The notes under the pieces were generated by a model. That model made no database searches and had not been told where the DNA came from. It was given only the letters and a program-made list of their open reading frames with translations. 64,000 bases of DNA from the human T2T-CHM13v2.0 reference genome, Homo sapiens. The position numbers and the translations under genes are program-made. Shown here one piece after another: positions 1 to 11,900 of the stretch. The stretch lies in NCBI RefSeq assembly GCF_009914755.1, contig NC_060948.1; one strand, 5' to 3'. The first letter of the stretch is position 1. Every line of letters starts with the position of its first letter.

Positions 1-355
1 ATCTGGAATGGAATTGAATGGAATGGAATAATATGAAATGGAATGGAATGGAATGGAATGGAATGCCCTTGAATTAAATGGACTGGAATGGAATGGACTC
101 GAACAGAGTGGAATGGAAAGTGTTGAGATAGAATGGAATGGACTCCTTTGGAATGGTGTAGTATGCAATGCAATCGACTGGCAGGGAATCAAAAGGAATG
201 TAATGGAATGGACTGGACTGGAATGCAATGGACTCGAATAGATTGGAAACGGAATGCAAAGGAATGGAATGGAATAGTATGGAATGGAATGGAAAGGAAT
301 GGAGTGGAATAGACTAGAGTGGAATGGAATGGACTGGAAAGCAATGGACTGGAAT

Positions 356-370
356 GGAACTTTCTTGAAT
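356..370. promoter_or_regulatory. Perfect heat-shock element motif nGAAnnTTCnnGAAn (site 1), present in all 16 DYZ1 units
   Basis: gGAActTTCttGAAt matches the canonical three-unit inverted HSF motif. Motif match only; binding is not shown. Confidence 0.6.
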
Positions 371-1805
371 GGACTGAAATCAAACGGAATGGAATGCAAT
401 GCAATCGAATGGCATGGAATAAAATAGAATGAAAGAGAATCAAATGGAATTGAATCGAATGGAATCGAATGGATTGGAAAGGAATAGAATGGAATTGAAT
501 GGAATGGACTCAAATGGAATGGACTAGAATGGAATGGATTCGAATGGAAGGCAAAGGAATGGAATCTATTGGAATGGACTGTAATGGAATGGAATGGAAG
601 GGATTGGAATGGACTCGAATGGAATGGACTGCAATAGAAAGGATTCGAATGGAATGAAAAAGAATTGAATGGAATAGAACAGAATGGAATCAAATCGAAT
701 GAAATGGAATGGAATAGAAAGGAATGGAATGAAATGGAATGGAAAGGATTCGAATGGAATGCAATCGAATGGAATGGAATCGAACGGAATGGAATAAAAT
801 GGAAGAAAACTGGCAAGAAATGGAATCGAAATGAATGGAGTGTTATGGAACGGACTCAAAAGGAATTGAATGTAATAGAATGGAGTGGAGTGGACTCGAA
901 TATAATGGACTGGAATGGAATGAAATCACATGGAATGGGAACGAATGGAATGGAATGGAAAGGAATGGAATCGAATGGAAAGGAATCGAATGGAAGGGAA
1001 TGAAATTGAATCAACAGGAATGGAAGGGAATAGAATAGACGGTAATGGAATGGACTCGAATAGAATGGACACGAATGCTCAAATTGAATGGACTCGAATG
1101 GAATGGAAACGAAAGGAATGTCATCGAATGGAATTGAATCGATTGGAATGAAATCGCATAGAATGGAGTGGAATCAAATGGAATTGAATCGAAAGGAAAG
1201 GAAGCGAATGGACTGAAATGAAATGGAATGGAATTGAATGGAAAGTAATGCAATGGAATAGAATGGAACGAAATTTCACGGAATGGAATCAAACTGAATG
1301 GAATCAAATCAATGGAATCAAATCAAATGGAATGGAAAGGAATTGAATGGAGTAGATTGGATTGGACGGGATTGGAATGAAATGTACTGGAAAGGACTCG
1401 AATTTCATGAAACGGAATGGAATGAATTGGAACGGAATGGACTCGAATGGAATGGAATGTCATGGAATGGCATCAAATGGAATGGCATCAAATGGAATGG
1501 AATCGAATGCAATGGAATGCTATGGAATGGAATGGAATGCATTGGAATGGAATGTCCTCTAATGGAATGGATTCGAGTGGAATGGAATCGAATATAATGG
1601 AGTCGAATGAAATGGAATTGAAAGGAATGGGATCGAATACAATGGAATATACTGGAATGTAATGTAATGAACTCGAATGTAATTGACTGGAATGGAATGT
1701 ACATGAATGGAATGTAATCGAATGGAAAGTAATCCAATGGAATAGAATCTAATGCAATAAAATCGACTCAGATAGAGTAGAATGTAATGGAATGGAGTGC
1801 AGTGC

Positions 1806-1900
1806 AATGGAATGGAATGGAATGGAATGCAATTGAATGGAATGGAATGGAATGGAATGGAATGGAATGGAATGGAATGGAATGGGATGGAATGGTATGG
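1806..1900 (+). repeat. Near-pure (GGAAT)n tract, length-variable between DYZ1 units
   Basis: The distance between the agtgc and aatggatagt landmarks is 100 bp in unit 1, 45 bp in unit 2 and up to 105 bp in units 8 and 14. Confidence 0.9.
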
Positions 1901-2623
1901 AATGGATAGTAATGGACTGGAGTGAAATGGACTGGAAAGGAATGGACTCAAATTGAAAGGGCTCGAAAGGAATGGAGTCAAATGGAATGGTCTGGAATGG
2001 AATGAACACGAATGTAATGCAATCCAATAGAATGGAATCGAATGGCATGGAATATAAAGAAATGGAATCGGAGAGAATGGAAACAAATGGAGTGGAATTG
2101 AATGGAATGGAATTGAATGGAATGGGAACGAATGGAGTGAAATTGTATGCAGTAGAAGGGAATAGAATGGAATGCAAGTGAAAGGAAAGGAATGGATTGG
2201 AATGGAATGGAATTCATTGGAATGGAAGGGAATGTAGTGTAATGGACAGGCCTGGAATAAAGTGGAATGCTACGGTCTCGAATGGAATAAAAATGTATGG
2301 AATGGAATGCAATGAAATGGAATCGAATGTCATAGAATGTAATGGAATGCAACAAAATGGAATCCAAAATCATTGACTGGAAAGGCTGGGTGTCGAAAGG
2401 AATTGACTCCAATGGAATGGAATCAAATGGAATGGAAGTGAATAGAATCGAACTAAATCGAATGGAATGGAATTGATAGGAACGGAATGGAAAGGAATGC
2501 AATGATTTGGCATGGAATGGAATCGAATGGCATCGAATGGAATGGAATGGAATGCAATGGAATGGAATGTATTAGAATGTAATGAACTTTAATGGAATGT
2601 ACTCGAATGGATTCGACTGGAAT

Positions 2624-2638
2624 GGAATGTTCTGGAAG
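2624..2638. promoter_or_regulatory. Perfect heat-shock element motif (site 2), present in all 15 complete DYZ1 units
   Basis: gGAAtgTTCtgGAAg. Motif match only. Confidence 0.6.
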
Positions 2639-2903
2639 TGAATGGACTCCAATGGAATGGATTCAAAAGGAATGGAATCGTACGGAATGGAATCTAATGG
2701 AATGGAATTAAATGGAAATGAATCAAATTGAATAGAACGGAATTGAATTGAATGGAATGGAATGCAATGGAATCTAACGAAACGGAAAGGAAAGGAATGC
2801 AATGGAATGGAATGGGCTGGAATGGAAAGGAATTGAAACGAATGGAATGGAATCGAACTGAAGAGACTGGAATGGAATGCACTGGAATGGAAGGGAGTGT
2901 AAT

Positions 2904-2918
2904 GGAAGGTTCTCGAAA
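2904..2918. promoter_or_regulatory. Perfect heat-shock element motif (site 3), intact in 13 of 15 complete DYZ1 units
   Basis: gGAAggTTCtcGAAa. It is disrupted to ggaaggttctcaaga at 13541 and 27777. Motif match only. Confidence 0.6.
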
Positions 2919-5900
2919 AAAATGGAATCGAATGGAATGGAATTGAATGGAACGGAATAGAGTCGAATGGAATTGAATGGAATGGAATGGACTAGAGTGA
3001 AATGGAATCGAACCACAAGGAATGGACAGGAATAGAATGGTCTCGAATTGAATGGAATCGTATGGAATGGCATCAAACGGAATGGAATGGACAGCCACGG
3101 AATGGAATGCACTCGAATGCAATGGAGTCGAAACTAATGGACTGGAATAGAATGGACTCGACTGGTACGGACTCCAATGGAATGGAATCGAATGGAAGGG
3201 AATCGAACGGAATGGACTCGAAGGGAAAAGACTGCAATGGAAAGGTCTCGAATGGAATGGAAATTAATGGAATGGAATGGAATCGAATGAAATGGAGTCA
3301 AAAGGAATGGAATCGAATGGCAAGAAATCGAATGTAATGGAATCGCAAGGAATTGATGTGAACGGAACGGAATGGAATGGAATCCAAAGGAATGGAATAG
3401 AATGGAATGGAATCGAATGGAAAGGACTCGAATGGAAATCACTCGAATAGAATGCAATTTAATAAAATAGGATCAAATGTAATGGAATGGAATGGAAAGG
3501 AATCGAAACGAAAGGAATGGAGACAGATGGAATGGAATGGAACAGAGAGCAATGGTATAGAATGGAATGGAATCATCTGGAAAGGAATTGAATGGAATGG
3601 AATAATATGAAATGGAATGGAATGGAATGGAATGGAATGCCCTTGAATTAAATGGACTGGAATGGAATGGACTCGAACAGAGTGGAATGGAAAGTGTTGA
3701 GATAGAATGGAATGGACTCCTTTGGAATGGTGTAGTATGCAATGCAATCGACTGGCAGGGAATCAAAAGGAATGTAATCGAATGGATTGGACTGGAATGC
3801 AATGGACTCGAATAGATTGGAAACGGAATGCAAAGGAATGGAATGGAATAGTATGGAATGGAATGGAAAGGAATGGAGTGGAATAGACTAGAGTGGAATG
3901 GAATGGACTGGAAAGCAATGGACTGGAATGGAACTTTCTTGAATGGACTGGAATCAAACGGAATGGAATGCAATGCAATCAAATGGCATGGAATAAAATA
4001 GAATGAAAGAGAATCAAATGGAATTGAATCGAATGGAATCGAATGGATTGGAAAGGAATAGAATGGAATGGAATGGAATGGACTCAAATGGAATGGACTA
4101 GAATGGAATGGATTCGAATGGAAGGCAAAGGAATGGAATCTATTGGAATGGACTGTAATGGAATGGAATGGAAGGGATTGGAATGGACTCGAATGGAATG
4201 GACTGCAATAGAAAGGATTCGAATGGAATGAAAAAGAATTGAATGGAATAGAACAGAATGGAATCAAATCGAATGAAATGGAATGGAATAGAAAGGAATG
4301 GAATGAAATGGAATGGAAAGGATTCGAATGGAATGCAATCGAATGGAATGGAATCGAACGGAATGGAATAAAATGGAAGAAAACTGGCAAGAAATGGAAT
4401 CGAAATGAATGGAGTGTTATGGAACGGACTCAAAAGGAATTGAATGTAATAGAATGGAGTGGAGTGGACTCGAATATAATGGACTGGAATGGAATGAAAT
4501 CACATGGAATGGGAACGAATGGAATGGAATGGAAAGGAATGGAATCGAATGGAAAGGAATCGAATGGAAGGGAATGAAATTGAATCAACAGGAATGGAAG
4601 GGAATAGAATAGACGGTAATGGAATGGACTCGAATAGAATGGACACGAATGCTCAAATTGAATGGACTCGAATGGAATGGAAACGAAAGGAATGTCATCG
4701 AATGGAATTGAATCGATTGGAATGAAATCGCATAGAATGGAGTGGAATCAAATGGAATTGAATCGAAAGGAAAGGAAGCGAATGGACTGAAATGAAATGG
4801 AATGGAATTGAATGGAAAGTAATGCAATGGAATAGAATGGAACGAAATTTCACGGAATGGAATCAAACTGAATGGAATCAAATCAATGGAATCTAATCAA
4901 ATGGAATGGAAAGGAATTGAATGGAGTAGATTGGATTGGATGGGATTGGAATGAAATGTACTGGAAAGGACTCGAATTTCATGAAACGGAATGGAATGAA
5001 TTGGAACGGAACGGACTCGAATGGAATGGAATGTCATGGAATGGCATCAAATGGAATGGCATCAAATGGAATGGAATCGAATGCAATGGAATGCTATGGA
5101 ATGGAATGGAATGCATTTTAATGGAATGTCCTCTAATGGAATGGATTCGAGTGGAATGGAATCGAATATAATGGAGTCGAATGAAATGGAATTGAAAGGA
5201 ATGGGATCGAATACAATGGAATATACTGGAATGAAATGTAATGAACTCGAATGTAATTGACTGGAATGGAATGTACATGAATGGAATGTAATCGAATGGA
5301 AATTAATCCAATGGAATAGAATCTAATGCAATAAAATCGACTCAGATAGAGTAGAATGTAATGGAATGGAGTGCAGTGCAATGGAATGGAATGGAATGGA
5401 ATGGAATGGAATGGTGTGGAATGGATAGTAATGGACTGGAGTGAAATGGACTGGAAAGGAATGGACTCAAATTGAAAGGGCTCGAAAGGAATGGAGTCAA
5501 ATGGAATGGTCTGGAATGGAATGAACACGAATGTAATGCAATCCAATAGAATGGAATCGAATGGCATGGAATATAAAGAAATGGAATCGAAGAGAATGGA
5601 AACAAATGGAATGGAATTGAATGGAATGGAATTGAATGGAATGGGAACTAATGGAGTGAAATTGTATGCAGTAGAAGGGAATAGAATGGAATGCAAGCGA
5701 AAGGAAAGGAATGGATTGGAATGGAATGGAATTCATTGGAATGGAAGGGAATGTAGTGTAATGGACAGGCCTGGAATAAAGTGGAATGCTACGGTCTCGA
5801 ATGGAATAAAAATGTATGGAATGGAATGCAATGAAATGGAATCGAATGTCATAGAATGTAATGGAATGCAAAAAAATGGAATCCAAAATCATTGACTGGA

Positions 5901-8900
5901 AAGGCTGGGTGTCGAAAGGAATTGACTCCAATGGAATGGAATCGAATGGAATGGAAGTGAATAGAATCGAACTAAATCGAATGGAATGGAATTGATAGGA
6001 ACGGAATGGAAAGGAATGCAATGATTTGGCATGGAATGGAATCGAATGGCATCGAATGGAATGGAATGGAATGCAATGGAATGGAATGTATTAGAATGTA
6101 ATGAACTTTAATGGAATGTACTCGAATGGATTCGACTGGAATGGAATGTTCTGGAAGTGAATGGACTCCAATGGAATGGATTCAAAAGGAATGGAATCGT
6201 ACGGAATGGAATCTAATGGAATGGAATTAAATGGAAATGAATCAAATTGAATAGCACGGAATTGAATTGCATGGAATGGAATGCAATGGAATCTAATGAA
6301 ACGGAAAGGAAAGGAATGGAATGGAATGGAATGGACTGGAATGGAAAGGAATCGAAACGAATGGAATGGAATCGAACTGAAGAGACTGGAATGGAATGCA
6401 CTGGAATGGAAGGGAGTGTAATGGAAGGTTCTCGAAAAAAATGGAATCGAATGGAATGGAATTGAATGGAACGGAATAGAGTCGAATGGAATTGAATGGA
6501 ATGGAATGGACTAGAGTGAAATGGAATTGAACCACAAGGAATGGACATGAATAGAATGGTCTCGAATTGAATGGAATCGTATGGAATGGCATCAAACGGA
6601 ATGGAGTGGACAGCCACGGAATGGAATGCACTCGAATGCAATGGAGTCGAAACTAATGGACTGGAATAGAATGGACTCGACTGGTACGGACTCCAATGGA
6701 ATGGAATCGAATGGAAGGGAATCGAACGGAAGGGAATCGAAGGGAAAAGACTGCAATGGAAAGGTCTCGAATGGAATGGAAATTAATGGAATGGAATGGA
6801 ATCGAATGAAATGGAGTCAAAAGGAATGGAATCGAATGGCAAGAAATCGAATGTAATGGAATCACAAGGAATTGATGTGAACGGAACGGAATGGAATGGA
6901 ATCCAAAGGAATGGAATAGAATGGAATGGAATCGAATGGAAAGGACTCGAATGGAAATCACTCGAATAGAATGCAATTTAATAAAATAGGATCAAATGTA
7001 ATGGAATGGAATGGAAAGGAATCGAAACGAAAGGAATGGAGACAGATGGAATGGAATGGAACAGAGAGCAATGGTATAGAATGGAATGGAATCATCTGGA
7101 ATGGAATTGAATGGAATGGAATAATATGAAATGGAATGGAATGGAATGGAATGGAATGCCCTTGAATTAAATGGACTGGAATGGAATGGACTCGAACAGA
7201 GTGGAATGGAAAGTGTTGAGGTAGAATGGAATGGACTCCTTTGGAATGGTGTAGTATGCAATGCAATCGACTGGCAGGGAATCAAAAGGAATGTAATCGA
7301 ATGGATTGGACTGGAATGCAATGGACTCGAATAGATTGCAAACGGAATGCAAAGGAATGGAATGGAATAGTATGGAATGGAATGGAAAGGAACGGAGTGG
7401 AATAGACTAGAGTGGAATGGAATGGACTGGAAAGCAATGGACTGGAATGGAACTTTCTTGAATGGACTGGAATCAAACGGAATGGAATGCAATGCAATCA
7501 AATGGCATGGAATAAAATAGAATGAAAGAGAATCAAATGGAATTGAATCGAATGGAATCGAATGGATTGGAAAGGAATAGAATGGAATGGAATGGAATGG
7601 ACTCAAATGGAATGGACTAGAATGGAATGGATTCGAATGGAAGGCAAAGGAATGGAATCTATTGGAATGGACTGTAATGGAATGGAATGGAAGGGATTGG
7701 AATGGACTCGAATGGAATGGACTGCAATAGAAAGGATTCGAATGGAATGAAAAAGAATTGAATGGAATAGAACAGAATGGAATCAAATCGAATGAAATGG
7801 AATGGAATAGAAAGGAATGGAATGAAATGGAATGGAAAGGATTCGAATGGAATGCAATCGAATGGAATGGAATCGAACGGAATGGAATAAAATGGAAGAA
7901 AACTGGCAAGAAATGGAATCGAAATGAATGGAGTGTTATGGAACGGACTCAAAAGGAATTGAATGTAATAGAATGGAGTGGAGTGGACTCGAATATAATG
8001 GACTGGAATGGAATGAAATCACATGGAATGGGAACGAATGGAATGGAATGGAAAGGAATGGAATCGAATGGAAAGGAATCGAATGGAAGGGAATGAAATT
8101 GAATCAACAGGAATGGAAGGGAATAGAATAGACGGTAATGGAATGGACTCGAATAGAATGGACACGAATGCTCAAATTGAATGGACTCGAATGGAATGGA
8201 AACGAAAGGAATGTCATCGAATGGAATTGAATCGATTGGAATGAAATCGCATAGAATGGAGTGGAATCAAATGGAATTGAATCGAAAGGAAAGGAAGCGA
8301 ATGGACTGAAATGAAATGGAATGGAATTGAATGGAAAGTAATGCAATGGAATAGAATGGAACGAAATTTCACGGAATGGAATCAAACTGAATGGAATCAA
8401 ATCAATGGAATCTAATCAAATGGAATGGAAAGGAATTGAATGGAGTAGATGGGATTGGATGGGATTGGAATGAAATGTACTGGAAAGGACTCGAATTTCA
8501 TGAAACGGAATGGAATGAATTGGAACGGAATGGACTCGAATGGAATGGAATGTCATGGAATGGCATCAAATGGAATGGCATCAAATGGAATGGAATCGAA
8601 TGCAATGGAATGCTATGGAATGGAATGGAATGCATTAGAATGGAATGTCCTCTAATGGAATGGATTCGAGTGGAATGGAATCGAATATAATGGAGTCGAA
8701 TGAAATGGAATTGAAAGGAATGGGATCGAATACAATGGAATATACTGGAATGTAATGTAATGAACTCGAATGTAATTGACTGGAATGGAATGTACATGAA
8801 TGGAATGTAATCGAATGGAAAGTAATCCAATGGAATAGAATCTAATGCAATAAAATCGACTCAGATAGAGTAGAATGTAATGGAATGGAGTGCAGTGCAA

Positions 8901-11900
8901 TGGAATGGAATGGAATGGAATGCAATTGAATGGAATGGAATGGAATGGAATGGAATGGAATGGGATGGAATGGTATGGAATGGATAGTAATGGACTGGAG
9001 TGAAATGGACTGGAAAGGAATGGACTCAAATTGAAAGGGCTCGAAAGGAATGGAGTCAAATGGAATGGTCTGGAATGGAATGAACACGAATGTAATGCAA
9101 TCCAATAGAATGGAATCGAATGGCATGGAATATAAAGAAATGGAATCGGAGAGAATGGAAACAAATGGAATGGAATTGAATGGAATGGAATTGAATGGAA
9201 TGGGAACGAATGGAGTGAAATTGTATGCAGTAGAAGGGAATAGAATGGAATGCAAGCGAAAGGAAAGGAATGGATTGGAATGGAATGGAATTCATTGGAA
9301 TGGAAGGGAATGTAGTGTAATGGACAGGCCTGGAATAAAGTGGAATGCTACGGTCTCGAATGGAATAAAAATGTATGGAATGGAATGCAATGAAATGGAA
9401 TCGAATGTCATAGAATGTAATGGAATGCAACAAAATGGAATCCAATATCATTGACTGGAAAGGCTGGGTGTCGAAAGGAATTGACTCCAATGGAATGGAA
9501 TCGAATGGAATGGAAGTGAATAGAATCGAACTAAATCGAATGGAATGGAATTGATAGGAACGGAATGGAAAGGAATGCAATGATTTGGCATGGAATGGAA
9601 TCGAATGGCATCGAATGGAATGGAATGGAATGCAATGGAATGGAATGTATTAGAATGTAATGAACTTTAATGGAATGTACTCGAATGGATTCGACTGGAA
9701 TGGAATGTTCTGGAAGTGAATGGACTCCAATGGAATGGATTCAAAAGGAATGGAATCGTACGGAATGGAATCTAATGGAATGGAATTAAATGGAAATGAA
9801 TCAAATTGAATAGCACGGAATTGAATTGAATGGAATGGAATGCAATGGAATCTAATGAAACGGAAAGGAAAGGAATGGAATGGAATGGAATGGGCTGGAA
9901 TGGAAAGGAATCGAAACGAATGGAATGGAATCGAACTGAAGAGACTGGAATGGAATGCACTGGAATGGAAGGGAGTGTAATGGAAGGTTCTCGAAAAAAA
10001 TGGAATCGAATGGAATGCAATTGAATGGAACGGAATAGAGTCGAATGGAATTGAATGGAATGGAATGGACTAGAGTGAAATGGAATCGAACCACAAGGAA
10101 TGGAGAGGAATAGAATGGTCTCGAATTGAATGGAATCGTATGGAATGGCATCAAACGGAATGGAATGGACAGCCACGGAATGGAATGCACTCGAATGCAA
10201 TGGAGTCGAAACTAATGGACTGGAATAGAATGGACTCGACTGGTACGGACTCCAATGGAATGGAATCGAATGGAAGGGAATCGAACGGAATGGACTCGAA
10301 GGGAAAAGACTGCAATGGAAAGGTCTCGAATGGAATGGAAATTAATGGAATGGAATGGAATCGAATGAAATGGAGTCAAAAGTAATGGAATCGAATGGCA
10401 AGAAATCGAATGTAATGGAATCGCAAGGAATTGATGTGAACGGAGCGGAATGGAATGGAATCCAAAGGAATGGAATAGAATGGAATGGAATCGAATGGAA
10501 AGGACTCGAGTGGAAATAACTCGAATAGAATGCAATTTAATAAAATAGGATCAAATGTAATGGAATGGAATGGAAAGGAATCGAAACGAAAGGAATGGAG
10601 ACAGATGGAATGGAATGGAACAGAGAGCAATGGTATAGAATGGAATGGAATCATCTGGAATGGAATTGAATGGAATGGAATAATATGAAATGGAATGGAA
10701 TGGAATGGAATGGAATGCCCTTGAATTGAATGGACTGGAATGGAATGGACTCGAACAGAGTGGAATGGAAAGTGTTGAGATAGAATGGAATGGACTCCTT
10801 TGGAATGGACTAGTATGCAATGCAATCGACTGGCAGGGAATCAAAAGGAATGTAATCGAATGGATTGGACTGGAATGCAATGGACTCGAATAGATTGGAA
10901 ACGGAATGCAAAGGAATGGAATGGAATAGTATGGAATGGAATGGAAAGGAATGGAGTGGAATAGACTAGAGTGGAATGGAATGGACTGGAAAGCAATGGA
11001 CTGGAATGGAACTTTCTTGAATGGACTGGAATCAAACGGAATGGAATGCAATGCAATCAAATGGCATGGAATAAAATAGAATGAAAGAGAATCAAATGGA
11101 ATTGAATCGAATGGAATCGAATGGATTGGAAAGGAATAGAATGGAATGGAATGGAATTGACTCAAATGGAATGGACTAGAATGGAATGGATTCGAATGGA
11201 AGGCAAAGGAATGGAATCTATTGGAATGGACTGTAATGGAATGGAATGGAAGGGATTGGAATGGACTCGAATGGAATGGACTGCAATAGAAAGGATTCGA
11301 ATGGAATGAAAAAGAATTGAATGGAATAGAACAGAATGGAATCAAATCGAATGAAATGGAATGGAATAGAAAGGAATGGAATGAAATGGAATGGAAAGGA
11401 TTCGAATGGAATGCAATCGAATGGAATGGAATCGAACGGAATGGAATAAAATGGAAGAAAACTGGCAAGAAATGGAATCGAAATGAATGGAGTGTTATGG
11501 AACGGACTCAAAAGGAATTGAATGTAATAGAATGGAGTGGAGTGGACTCGAATATAATGGACTGGAATGGAATGAAATCACATGGAATGGGAACGAATGG
11601 AATGGAATGGAAAGGAATGGAATCGAATGGAAAGGAATCGAATGGAAGGGAATGAAATTGAATCAGCAGGAATGGAAGGGAATAGAATAGACGGTAATGG
11701 AATGGACTCGAATAGAATGGACACGAATGCTCAAATTGAATGGACTCGAATGGAATGGAAACGAAAGGAATGTCATCGAATGGAATTGAATCGATTGGAA
11801 TGAAATCGCATAGAATGGAGTGGAATCAAATGGAATTGAATCGAAAGGAAAGGAAGCGAATGGACTGAAATGAAATGGAATGGAATTGAATGGAAAGTAA

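Noticed and set aside
410-3475. Multiple AATAAA polyadenylation-like hexamers
   Set aside because: They are simple GG>AA pentamer variants with no transcript context or downstream GU-rich element that I can support.
4889-4940. DUX4-like motifs (gaatctaatca; agattggattg)
   Set aside because: They are imperfect matches to TAAYYYAATCA, easily generated from pentamer variants, and variable between units. There is no support beyond resemblance.
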